Origin: Gemmatimonadales bacterium
GTDB lineage: Bacteria; Gemmatimonadota; Gemmatimonadetes; Gemmatimonadales; GWC2-71-9
NCBI GenBank assembly: GCA_035500495.1
Contig: DATJXC010000064.1
Location: forward strand, 5,446 to 69,445
Direction of reading: 5' to 3'
DNA length: 64,000 nucleotides
Shown here: one piece after another, positions 39,483 through 51,100 of the stretch
How positions within the stretch are numbered: the first letter of the stretch is position 1
Layout: each line of letters starts with the position of its first letter
Program-made: the position numbers and the translations under genes
The notes under the pieces: generated by a model
What the model was told of the DNA's origin: nothing
Seen by the model: only the letters and a program-made list of their open reading frames with translations
Databases searched by the model: none

Positions 39483-40216
39483 TGCTGCGGACCCTGTGGT
39501 ACTACATCGTGCTGTTCATTTCTACGGTGATCCACGCCAGCACCGCGGTCGTCGCCAGCCTGCTCGGCGTATCGCTCAAACCGGGCGGGATCTACGACTG
39601 GTGCGCCCGGGACTGGGTGCGCTGGGACCTTTGGGCGGCGGGGACGCCGGTGCTGGTGGACGGGATGGAGCGCATTCCCCATGGGACGCCGTTCGTGGCC
39701 GCGGCTAATCACACCTCCCTGTTCGACATCCTGGCCCTGAGTTTGGTGCTTCCCGGGTCGGTGCGGTTCGTCGCCAAGGAGGAGCTGACACGGATTCCGC
39801 TGTTCGGCCGCGCGATGCGGGTCGCGGGGAACGTGCCGATCGAGCGCACCCACAAAGCGCACGCGATCGAGGCCTATCATGTCGCGGCGGACACGATCCG
39901 GCGCGGCGTGTCGATGGTCGTGTTTCCCGAGGGGACGCGGAGCCGCACCGGCGATCTGCTGCCCTTCAAGAATGCGCCGTTCGGGCTCGCGATCGCGGCC
40001 CAGGTGCCGCTGATCCCGGTGTACGTGCAGGACACGTTCCGGATACTCCCCAAGGGGGCGTGGCGCCTGCACCCCCAGCCGATCCGCGTCTTCATCGGCG
40101 AGCCGATCCCTACCGACGGGCTCACACTCCAAGATCGGATCGACCTGCGCGACCGCACCCGGGCCGCGATTCAGGCGCTGCGGACGCGCGTTGACGCGCC
40201 GCCGCCTCACCCTTAA
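39482..40216 (+). CDS. plsC: 1-acyl-sn-glycerol-3-phosphate acyltransferase
   Basis: N-terminal TM segment, the acyltransferase motifs AANHTSLFD (HxxxxD) and FPEGTRS. TAATG junction with thiL. Confidence 0.88.
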   Translation: MLRTLWYYIVLFISTVIHASTAVVASLLGVSLKPGGIYDWCARDWVRWDLWAAGTPVLVDGMERIPHGTPFVAAANHTSLFDILALSLVLPGSVRFVAKEELTRIPLFGRAMRVAGNVPIERTHKAHAIEAYHVAADTIRRGVSMVVFPEGTRSRTGDLLPFKNAPFGLAIAAQVPLIPVYVQDTFRILPKGAWRLHPQPIRVFIGEPIPTDGLTLQDRIDLRDRTRAAIQALRTRVDAPPPHP

Positions 40217-41781
<1,565 letters not shown>

Positions 41782-41784
<3 letters not shown>

Positions 41785-41806
41785 GGCTCGTCGATTTGCT
41801 GCCTCA
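41782..41806. terminator. Weak hairpin between convergent ftsB and the beta-barrel gene; both stop codons lie in the stem (TGAGGC...GCCTCA)
   Basis: 6-bp stem TGAGGC/GCCTCA with a 13-nt loop and no U-tract. Confidence 0.25.
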
Positions 41807-42448
41807 CCTGAACGCGTAGCCCACACCAAACACCACCCGCTGCACCGTTTCCTTCCACACGTCGCCGGTGAGGCGGGCTTGCTCGACGGAGTAGCCGAGC
41901 CGGCCCCACAGCGGGAGTCGGTGACTGTGATAGGTGAGGCCACCCTGTCCTCCTACGCCCGACCCGAACGACTGGGCTGCATTCACGCTGCCGCCCAACG
42001 CCGTCCATAGCTCGAAGTAGGTGGAGAGGGTCGGGCTGAGGAGCGCGCCTTCGGCGCGGAGCCGGGCCTCGAAGAGTGCCCAGCGTTGCGTTCCGGCGTT
42101 GGCGGTGTACGCCCACGCATGGGGGCCCAGCTTCAGCTCGAGCCACGGCAGGATCTTCCCGCCGACGAGCGCGTACCCCTCGACGACGTCGCGCGAGGCC
42201 GTGCCGGTCGAGTCGGGCTGCAACGACCCTTGCCAGTACCCGAGATAGAGGGCGAACCGGCGCCACCCGACCGAGCCGTCGCCGCCGAAGCTCCACCCGG
42301 ACAAGCTCTGGCTTGTCGTGCCGATCGCCGTGTGCGTCCACCAGCCGACCGCGCTCGGTTCCACGGCCAGGTGAACGGTGTGTTGGGCCGCGAGAGAAGC
42401 CGGGGACACCAGCAGCAGCCGGATCAGCAGACGCCCGCAGCGATTCAC
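41804..42448 (-). CDS. Small outer-membrane beta-barrel protein (hypothetical)
   Basis: Signal peptide VNRCGRLLIRLLLVSPASLAAQ. Alternating aromatic/Gly beta-strand pattern with a C-terminal GVGYAFR. The GTG start overlaps the upstream stop (GTGA). Confidence 0.65.
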   Translation of the reverse strand: MNRCGRLLIRLLLVSPASLAAQHTVHLAVEPSAVGWWTHTAIGTTSQSLSGWSFGGDGSVGWRRFALYLGYWQGSLQPDSTGTASRDVVEGYALVGGKILPWLELKLGPHAWAYTANAGTQRWALFEARLRAEGALLSPTLSTYFELWTALGGSVNAAQSFGSGVGGQGGLTYHSHRLPLWGRLGYSVEQARLTGDVWKETVQRVVFGVGYAFR

Positions 42449-43509
42449 GGCAGGCCGCCGATCACTGATGGCGCCCCGGCGTGCAGGTTCAACCGCACCT
42501 GACGCTTGAGATCGGCATTTTGCCGCGCGATCGACGCGTGCTCGGTGCTCCAGCGATCTCGCACGGCCTGGTTCGCGGCGATGTTGTCGGGGAGTGGCCG
42601 GCCCGGACGCTGCACGAAGAATCCGACGATGGAGGCTACGGCGATGCCGCCGGCCACGACGGCTTTGGGCCCGGATGGACCCACGCCGTTTGCCACGAGC
42701 GAGGGGAGCACCAGGACGCCGGCCGTCACGAGCCCGCCGCGCAGCAGGCTCTTGGTGCCCGCATTCCCCGTCACATGCTCGGGCAAGAACAGCGAATCCG
42801 GTGGAGCCGCGGGGAGGGGGAGGGTGTCGCGCCGCAGCAACCGGAAACCGATCCGGATCCGCAGGACGCGCTGCCCCTGGCCGGCGACGCTCGGAAGTGA
42901 GGTGACGGTCAACCGGTAGCTCCCGGTGTCTCCCACGATTCCGACGGTGTCGGTGCCGTCCCAGCGCACATCCAGGCTGTCCGAAATCGGCCCGGAGTAG
43001 AGGGTCCGCACCGTGTACCCGTCCTCCCGATTCAGCGTAACGGTGATCTGATGGAACGAGCTGGCGAACAAGTGAACCGGATAGCGATCGCTGCCGAGGT
43101 TCAGGGAGGTGTCGGCCGCGTACTCCGCCACGACGACCTTCGTGGCCTCCCGGGCAAAGTCGAAGACGTTGGTGACTTCCGGGGGGAAGATCAGCGGGTC
43201 TGGCCGGAACCGCGGGTTGAACGCCACCAGGCGACGGAACACCGCGAAGGCTGAATCCCGACGTCCCCGGAACAGATCGCTCGCCCCGAGATAGACGAAC
43301 GCGCGGGCTCGCTCGGTGCCCGCGAGGGTATCGGCGCTGGCGTGAAGGGCGAAGGCGCGGCGGAGCATTCCGGCCGCCGCGGCGTAGTCGAGGTTCTGAT
43401 AGGCCTTCACACCCTGGGCGACGTATTGCGCGGCGGTCTGCCCGGATAATGGCGACACGGCGGCGAGCACCGTGGCCGCGGCGCCGAGCAGGCGGCCCCG
43501 CCTTCTCAC
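42445..43509 (-). CDS. Hypothetical secreted/membrane protein: signal peptide, TPR-like N-domain, beta-sandwich region, two C-terminal TM helices
   Basis: Features in order: VRRRGRLLGAAATVLAAVSPLSGQ; AQGVKAYQNLDYAAAAGMLRRAF; YRLTVTS beta-rich middle; hydrophobic segments LLRGGLVTAGVLVLPSLVA and AVVAGGIAVASIVGFFV. GTGA overlap with the kinase-like gene. Confidence 0.65.
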   Translation of the reverse strand: MRRRGRLLGAAATVLAAVSPLSGQTAAQYVAQGVKAYQNLDYAAAAGMLRRAFALHASADTLAGTERARAFVYLGASDLFRGRRDSAFAVFRRLVAFNPRFRPDPLIFPPEVTNVFDFAREATKVVVAEYAADTSLNLGSDRYPVHLFASSFHQITVTLNREDGYTVRTLYSGPISDSLDVRWDGTDTVGIVGDTGSYRLTVTSLPSVAGQGQRVLRIRIGFRLLRRDTLPLPAAPPDSLFLPEHVTGNAGTKSLLRGGLVTAGVLVLPSLVANGVGPSGPKAVVAGGIAVASIVGFFVQRPGRPLPDNIAANQAVRDRWSTEHASIARQNADLKRQVRLNLHAGAPSVIGGLP

Positions 43510-45098
43510 GGCTTCAGCTCTCGCAGGACGATGTCAGTGAGGCGGAGCACCTCGCCGGGTCTGACAGTGACCGTCCGCTCCCACGGTTCGAATCCATCGC
43601 GCGTGACGCTGATTCGGTGGGTCCCAGGGGTCACCTGAAGGTCGGCCTTCGGCGTGTTGCCGAGCGACTGACCGTCGAGCGACAGCTCGCCCCAGGGGTT
43701 CGCATTGATGAACAGCCGGGCTGGCCGCTGCGGCGTGGCCACCAGTGGCGGAGGCGTCGGACGCCGCACGATGGTGGTCTCCACGGGCGCTCGCGACGGA
43801 GGCGGTTCCACCGGTGCCGCGTGCGGGGCAGCCGACGGTCCCACCGCGGGGGGCGCAGAATCGAGCGGAAAGGAGGAGGTCTGCGTCGTCGCCGGGCCAG
43901 CAGACGGTGACCCAGGGGACGTCCACCACCACAGGAGGGTCCCTAGGGCAGCGACGAGGAGAATCCCGGCTGCGATCCGGGGGGTCCGTCGAGGGGGCCG
44001 CGGCGGCGGGAGCCGATCGCGTGGCAACACGCCTTCCGGCTCGCCCTCGGGCATCATCAGGGGGCCGGTGACCGGCGTCGTTGTTCGCCCGGGGCTTGGC
44101 GTCACGCGTGGCGGAGGCAGCGCCGGCGTCGCGGTGCCGGCGGGCGTGAAGCGGGAAGTCCCGACACCGGCGAGCGCGGTTGAGAAGTCGAGGATCGTAG
44201 GGAACCGCTCCGCCGCCTTCTTGCTCAGCGCGCGGCCCACGGCCAGCGTCACATGCGGGGGAACCCCCGAGCGCACGTCTGCGAGACGTGGCGGCGGTGT
44301 GGTGAGGTGAGCCCGGGCGATCTCCTCCACGGTGTCCCCGCTGAACGGCTGCCGGCCCGCCAGGCAGGCATAGATCAGGATGGCCAGGGAATACTGATCG
44401 GACGCGGGTCCGAACAAGGGCGACGTGCCGAACCGTTCGGGCGCGACGTGACCGTAGCTCTCCTCGATGGACGCGTCGGGCTTGCGGGGAGGGAGCGGAC
44501 CGAACGCGGTGTGCATGCCGAAGTCGGCGACCCGGACCCACCCGTCGGCGTCGACCAGGACGTTGGAGAGCTTCAAGCTGCCGTGCAGGACGCCGCGGCG
44601 ATGCCCGTAGTCGAGGGCGCTGGCCACCTGTTCCACGAGCCGGAGGCAGGCGCGCAGCTCCATCGGCCCCGCCGCGCGGAGCACCTCGCCGAGCGAGCGG
44701 CTCTGGCAGTGCTCCATCGTATACCAGAGGCAGGTGTCCGTGACCCCGAAGTGAAACACGGGGACGATATGCGGATGGTCCAGTGCGGCGGCGAGAGCCG
44801 ACTCCGAGCGGAACCGGTCGATCACGTCGGGGCCGTACTGGGGCGTCAGTGGCAGCACCTTAAGCGCCGCCAGTCGGCCGGACACGAGGTCGCGTGCCAG
44901 GTAGACGCTCGAGATGGCGCCCCGCCGCAACACTCCTTCGATCCGGAACTGGCGGTCGAGCGAGCGGACGGCGGGGTCTTCGAGGTCGTTCCACTGCGGG
45001 GTATCGACCAGCACACCGGCGGTGGGCGAATAGCCGCACACCACGCATTCCTGCGTGGCTTCGGAGATTTCTCCGACGGAGCAGCGGGGGCAGATCAT
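43506..45098 (-). CDS. Zinc-ribbon / Ser-Thr kinase-fold / PEGA-domain protein; catalytic HRD replaced by HGS (predicted pseudokinase or atypical kinase)
   Basis: Features in order: CPRC...CVVC zinc ribbon; kinase subdomains LAALK (Lys), ESALAAAL (Glu), HGSLKLSN (in place of HRDLKxxN), ADFG and VAPE; Pro-rich linker; TM segment IAAGILLVAALGTLLWWW; C-terminal PEGA-like FINANPWGELSLDGQSLGNTP...GTHRISVTRDGFEPWERTV. Confidence 0.8.
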   Translation of the reverse strand: MICPRCSVGEISEATQECVVCGYSPTAGVLVDTPQWNDLEDPAVRSLDRQFRIEGVLRRGAISSVYLARDLVSGRLAALKVLPLTPQYGPDVIDRFRSESALAAALDHPHIVPVFHFGVTDTCLWYTMEHCQSRSLGEVLRAAGPMELRACLRLVEQVASALDYGHRRGVLHGSLKLSNVLVDADGWVRVADFGMHTAFGPLPPRKPDASIEESYGHVAPERFGTSPLFGPASDQYSLAILIYACLAGRQPFSGDTVEEIARAHLTTPPPRLADVRSGVPPHVTLAVGRALSKKAAERFPTILDFSTALAGVGTSRFTPAGTATPALPPPRVTPSPGRTTTPVTGPLMMPEGEPEGVLPRDRLPPPRPPRRTPRIAAGILLVAALGTLLWWWTSPGSPSAGPATTQTSSFPLDSAPPAVGPSAAPHAAPVEPPPSRAPVETTIVRRPTPPPLVATPQRPARLFINANPWGELSLDGQSLGNTPKADLQVTPGTHRISVTRDGFEPWERTVTVRPGEVLRLTDIVLRELKP

Positions 45099-45156
45099 CG
45101 GGAGCCGGGCGCCTGGGCTTTCACAGTATACACCAGTCCCCGGGGCCGGGAAATCA

Positions 45157-48100
45157 TCATTGGAACATGACGGTTGCGGTTTGCGAGATCGCCACGCCGT
45201 TCACGGTGGCCGACACGACGGAGGTTTCGGCGCCGGCCGCCTTCACATAGCCTGTCGCCACGCCGTTGCTGTCCGTTGATCCCGGCTGCTGGTAGGTGTC
45301 GGTCCCATCCGAACTGATCGTGACGGATGCTCCGCTGATGGGGTTGCCCGCGCGGTCCAGCGCGGTCACCGTGACGGTTGACGAATCGCTGGCGGCCGTG
45401 ATCGGCGAGGTCGCCACGACCGTAGACTGCGACGCCGAGACGTTGCCGGGGTTCACGGTGGCGCTGAAGCCAACCGGAGAGCCGGTGAGACCCGCAACCG
45501 TGGCCGTCGCGGTGGCGCTTCCGGCTGTCGTGCCGAGCGCGCGCGTGGCGGAGGCGATCCCGCTCGCGTTGGTCGTCGAGCTCGGGGTAATCGAGCCCCC
45601 GCCCCCGGTCACGGCCCAGGTCACCGTCGTGCCCGAGACCGGATTCCCGTTGCGGTCGGTCACGAGCACAGTGTACGCCGTGGCGAGTGTCGCGCCGATC
45701 GTATCGGTCTGTGCGTTGCCGCCGCTGAGAGCGATCGTCTTGGCGTGGCCGGCGGTCGCCGTGGCGGTGAAGGCCACGGGGGAGCCCGTGAGCCCGGTGA
45801 CGGTGGCCGTGGCGGTCTGGGCATTAGCGCCCAGGGTAGTGCCCAGCACGCGGGTCGCACTGGCGATGCCGCTCGCGTTGGTGGTCGAGCTGGGGGTGAT
45901 CGACCCAGCGCCGCCCGTCACCGCCCAGGTCACGACCGTGCCGGAGACCGGGTTCCCGTTGCGGTCAGTCACGAGCACAGTGTAAGCCGTGGCGAGCGTG
46001 GCGCCGATCGTATCGGTCTGCGCATTGCCAGCCGACAATGCCATCGTCTTTGCGTTGCCCACCGTAGCGGTGGCGGTGAAGGTGACCGGCGAACCGGTGA
46101 GGCCCGTGACCGTTGCGGTGGCGGTTTGCGCGTTAGCGCCGAGCGTAGAGCCGAGCACGCGGGTCGCCGAGGCAATGCCGCTCGCGTTGGTCGTCGAACT
46201 CGGCGTGATCGACCCGCCGCCCCCGGTCACCGCCCAGGTCACGACCGTGCCGGAGACCGGATCCCCGTTGCGGTCGGTCACCAATACCGTGTATGGGGTC
46301 GCGAGCGTGGCGCCGATCGTATCGGTCTGCGCATTGCCGGCCGACAACGCAATGGTCTTGGCGTTGCCCGCGATGGCCGTGGCGGTGAACGTCACCGGAG
46401 AACCCGTCAACCCCGTGACCGTGGCGGTCGCGGTCTGCGCATTGGCGCCGGTCGTAGTACCGAGAACGCGGGTCGCCGAGGCAATGCCGCTCGCGTTGGT
46501 CGTCGAACTCGGCGTGATCGACCCGCCACCCCCGGTCGCCGCCCAGGTCACGGTCACATTCTGGACCGGATTGGCGAGGCGATCCGTGACCAGCACGCTA
46601 TAGGCTGTGGCGAGGGTGGCGCCGATCGTATCGGTCTGCGCGTTGCCCGCCGATAGGGCGATCGTCTTCGCGTTGCCGACGGTGGCCGTGGCGGTGAAGG
46701 CGACCGGGGAGCCCGTGAGCCCCGTGACGGTGGCGGTCGCTGTCTGCGCATTGGCGCCCAGCGTGTTGCCCAGCACCCGCGTGGCACTGGCGATGCCGCT
46801 GGCGTTGGTGATGGACGACGGAGTGATCGAACCGCCCCCACCGGTCACCGCCCACGTGACCGTGGTACCCGAGACCGGGTTCCCGCCAGCGTCGGTGACG
46901 AGCACGCTATAGGCCGTGCCGAGCGTAGCGCCGATCGTGTCGGTCTGCGCATTGCCCGCCGACAAGGCGATGGTCTTGGCGTTACCCGCAGTGGCGGTGG
47001 CGGTGAACGCCACGGGGGAACCAGTCAACCCGGTGACCGTGGCGGTGGCCGTCTGTGCGTTGGCCCCAAGCGTGGTTCCCAGAACCCGCGTGGCCGAGGC
47101 GATGCCGCTCGCATTAGTCGTGGATGATGGCGTGATTGACCCGCCGCCCCCCGTCGCGGCCCAGGTGACGGTCACGTTGGCGACCGGGTTCGCCAAGCGG
47201 TCCGTCACCAGGACGGTGTAGGGGGTGGCGAGGGTAGCCCCGACGGTATCGGTTTGGGCGTTCCCCGCGTTGAGGGCGATCGTCTTGGCGTTGCCCGCCT
47301 TTGCCGTGGCGGTGAACGCAATCGGGGAGCCGGTGAGCCCGGTGACCGTGGCGCTCGCCGTCTGGGCGTTGGCCCCAAGGGTCGTGCCCAGCACCCGCGT
47401 GGCGCTTGCTATGCCACTGGCATTGGTGGTGGATGAAGGGGTGATCGAGCCGCCTCCACCGGTCGTCGCCCACGTCACGGTCGTGCCGGAGACGGGATTG
47501 CTGCCCCGATCAGTGACGAGCACGGTGTAGGCCGTGGCGAGCGTCGCGCTAATCGTGTCGGACTGGGCGTTTCCGCCGTTCAGGGCGATCGTCGCGGCAT
47601 GGCCCGCGGTGGCGGTCGCCGTGAATGCCACAGGCGAGCCAGTGAGACCGGTGACCGTTGCTGACGCGCCCTGGGGCCCTGCGGTCGTCCCCAGCACCCG
47701 CGTGGCTGACGCGATGCCGCTGGCATTGGTGACCGAGCTGGGGGTGATGGACCCGCCACCCGACGCTGTCCAGGTGACCGTTACACCGGCGACCGGGTTG
47801 CTCACCGCATCCGTGACGAGGACGGTGTAGGCTGTGGCGAGCGTAGCGCCGATGGTGTCGGTCTGCGCGTTGCCGCCGGCGAGGCCGATCGTCTTGGCGC
47901 TACCGGCGGTCGCCGTGGCGGTGAAGGTGACCGGCGAGCCGGTGAGTCCCGTGACCGCAGCGGTGGCGGTCTGCGCATTGGCGCCGGTCGTAGTACCGAG
48001 GACCCGGGTCGCGCTGGCGATGCCGCTGGCGTTGGTCGTCGAACTCGGCGTGATCGACCCGCCGCCTCCAGTCACGGCCCAGGTGACGGTCACGTTGGCA

Positions 48101-51100
48101 ACCGGGTTCGCCAAACGGTCGGTCACCAGGACGGTGTAAGGTGTGGCCAGGGTGGCCCCGACCGTATCGGTTTGGGCGTTACCGCCGCTGAGCGCGATGG
48201 TCTTCGCGTTGCCGACGGTGGCGGTGGCGGTGAAGCTGACCGGGGAGCCCGTGAGCCCTGTGACCGTAGCGGTCGCGGTCTGGGCGCTGGCACCGAGCGT
48301 GCTGCCCAGCACCCGCGTGGCACTCGCAAGGCCACTCGCGTTAGTCGTCGAGCTCGGCGTGATCGATCCGCCGCCCCCGGTCGCCGCCCAGGTCACGGTC
48401 ACATTCTGGACCGGATTGGCGAGGCGATCCGTGACCAGCACGCTATAGGCTGTGGCGAGGGTGGCCCCGATCGTATCGGTTTGGGCGTTGCCCGCCGACA
48501 AGGCGATCGTCTTGGCGTTGCCGACGGTGGCCGTGGCGGTAAACGTCACCGGAGAGCCCGTGAGTCCAGTGACGGTGGCGGTGGCGGTCTGCGCATTGGC
48601 GCCCAGCGTATTGCCCAGCACCCGCGTGGCACTGGCGATGCCGCTGGCATTGGTGATGGACGACGGAGTGATCGAACCACCCCCACCGGTCGCCGCCCAC
48701 GTGACGGTGATACCCGCAACTGGGTTCCCGCCACCATCGGTGACGAGCACGCTATAGGCCGTGCCGAGCGTGGCGCCGATCGTATCGGTCTGGGCGTTGC
48801 CCGCCGACAGGACAATGGTCTTGGCGTTGCCCGCGGTGGCGGTGGCGGTGAACGTCACCGGAGAACCGGTGAGGCCTGTGACCGTGGCGGTCGCGGTCTG
48901 GGCGTTGGCGCCGAGCGTCGTGCCGAGGACCCGCGTGGCCGAGGCGATGCCGCTCGCACTGGTCGTGGATGATGGCGTGATCGAGCCACCGCCCCCCGTT
49001 ACGGCCCAGGTGACCGTCACATTCGCCACGGGGTTGGCCAGCCGATCGGTGACCAGCACGGTGTAGGAGATAGCCAGGGTCGCCCCTGCCGTATCGGTTT
49101 GGGCGTTCCCCGCGTTGAGGGCGATCGTCTTGGCGTTGCCCACCGTCGCGGTGGCGGCGAAGGCGACTGGGGACCCCGTGAGCCCGGTGACCGTGGCGCT
49201 CGCCGTCTGGGCGTTGGTCCCGAGGGTTGTGCCCAGCACCCGCGTGGCACTTGCAATACCACTGGCATTGGTAGCGGAGGACGGGGTGATCGAGCCGCCG
49301 CCCCCGGTCACGGCCCACGTCACCGTCGTGCCGGAGACCGGATTCCCGTTGCGATCGGTGACCAGAACGGCATAGGCCGTGGTGAGTGTGGCGCCGATCG
49401 TATCGGTCTGCGCGTTGCCCGCCGACAACGCGATCGTCTTCGCGTTGCCGACGGTGGCCGTGGCGGTGAACGTCACGGGAGAACCAGTGAGTCCCGTCAC
49501 CGTAGCAGTCGCGATCTGGGCGTTGGCGCCGAGCGTGGTGCCGAGGACCCGGGTGGCCGAGGCGATGCCGCTCGCATTGGTCGTGGATGATGGCGTGATC
49601 GACCCGCCGCCCCCGGTCACGGCCCAGGTGACGGTCACGTTCTGAACTGGATTAGCGAGGCGATCCGTGACGAGAACCGTGTAGGCCGTGACGAGGGTAG
49701 CGCCGATCGTGTCGGTCTGGGTGTTACCACCCGACAGCGCGATCGTCTTCGCCGCTCCGACGGTGGCCGTGGCGGTGAAGGCCACGGGGGAGCCGGTGAG
49801 CCCGGTCACCGTAGCGGTCGCGGTCTGAGCATTGGCGCCGAGCGTGGTCCCGAGCACGCGCGTGGCGGAGGCGATGCCACTAGCGTTGGTCGTCGAGCTC
49901 GGCGTGATCGAGCCGCCGCCCCCGGTCACGGCCCAGGTGACGGTGGTCCCGGAAACTGGATTCCCGAGGCGGTCGGTGACGAGCACGGTGTAGGCGGTGG
50001 GGAGGGTCGCACCGATCGTATCCGTCTGGGTGTTGCCACCGTTCAAGGCAATGGTCTTCGCGTTGCCGGCGGTCGCGGTAGCGGTGAAAACCACCGGGGA
50101 GCCTGTGAGCCCGGTGACGGTGGCCGTCGCGGTTTGCGCGTTGGCGCCGAGCGTGCTCCCCAGCACCCGCGTCGCGGTGGCGATCCCGCTCGCGTTGGTG
50201 ACGGACGACGGAGTAATCGAGCCGCCGCCGCCGGTCGCCGCCCAGGTGACGGTGGTCCCGGAAACCGGATTGCCGAGGCGGTCGGTCACGAGGACCGTGT
50301 AGGCCGTGGCGAGCGTGGCCCCGATCGTGTCCGTCTGCGTGTTCCCGGCACTGAGGGCGATGGTCTTCGCGTTGCCCGCGGTCGCCGTGGCGGTGAAGGC
50401 CACGGGGGAGCCCGTGAGCCCGGTGACCGTGGCCGTGGCCGTCTGCGCGTTGGCGCCCAGCGTCGGGCCGAGTACGCGCGTCACGCTGGCGATCCCGCTT
50501 GCGTTGGTGGTCGAGCTCGGCGTGATCGACCCGCCGCCGCCGGTGACGGCCCAAGTGACGGTGGTGCCGGCCACGGGGTTCGCGGCCCGATCCGTGACGA
50601 GCACGGTGTACGCCGTGGCGAGGGTTGCGCCGATCGTATCGGTCTGCGCGTTGCCTCCGTTGAGAGCGATGGTCGCCGCGTGGCCGGCGTTCACGGTGGC
50701 CCCGAACGCGACCGGGGAGCCGGTGAGCCCGGTGACAGTGGCCGACGCGGTGGCGCTGCCGGGCGTGGTGCCGAGCACCCGAGTCGCACTCGCGATCCCA
50801 CTCGCGTTGGTGGTCGAGCTCGGCGTGATCGACCCGCCGCCGCCGGTCACCGCCCAGGTCACCGTGGTGCCCAAGACGGGGTTGCCGCTCCGGTCGGTGA
50901 CCAGGACGGCGTAGGCTGTGCCGAGCGACGCCCCGATCGTATCAGTCTGAGCATCGCCGCTGTTCAAGGCCATGATCGCGGCGTGGCCGGTCGTGACGGT
51001 GGCGGTAAACGCGACCGGGGAGCCGGTGAGCCCGGCGACGGTGGCCGAGGCGCTGGCGCTGCCGGGCGTCGTCCCGAGCATTCGGGTCGCACTCGCAATC

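Noticed and set aside
45099-45156. Possible independent promoter (TATACT at 45125..45130, minus strand) and a CCCCGGGG palindrome between the giant gene and the kinase-like gene.
   Set aside because: The hexamer lacks a credible -35 element. The palindrome is too short and lacks a loop, so it cannot be called a terminator. Whether the genes are co-transcribed cannot be decided from sequence alone.
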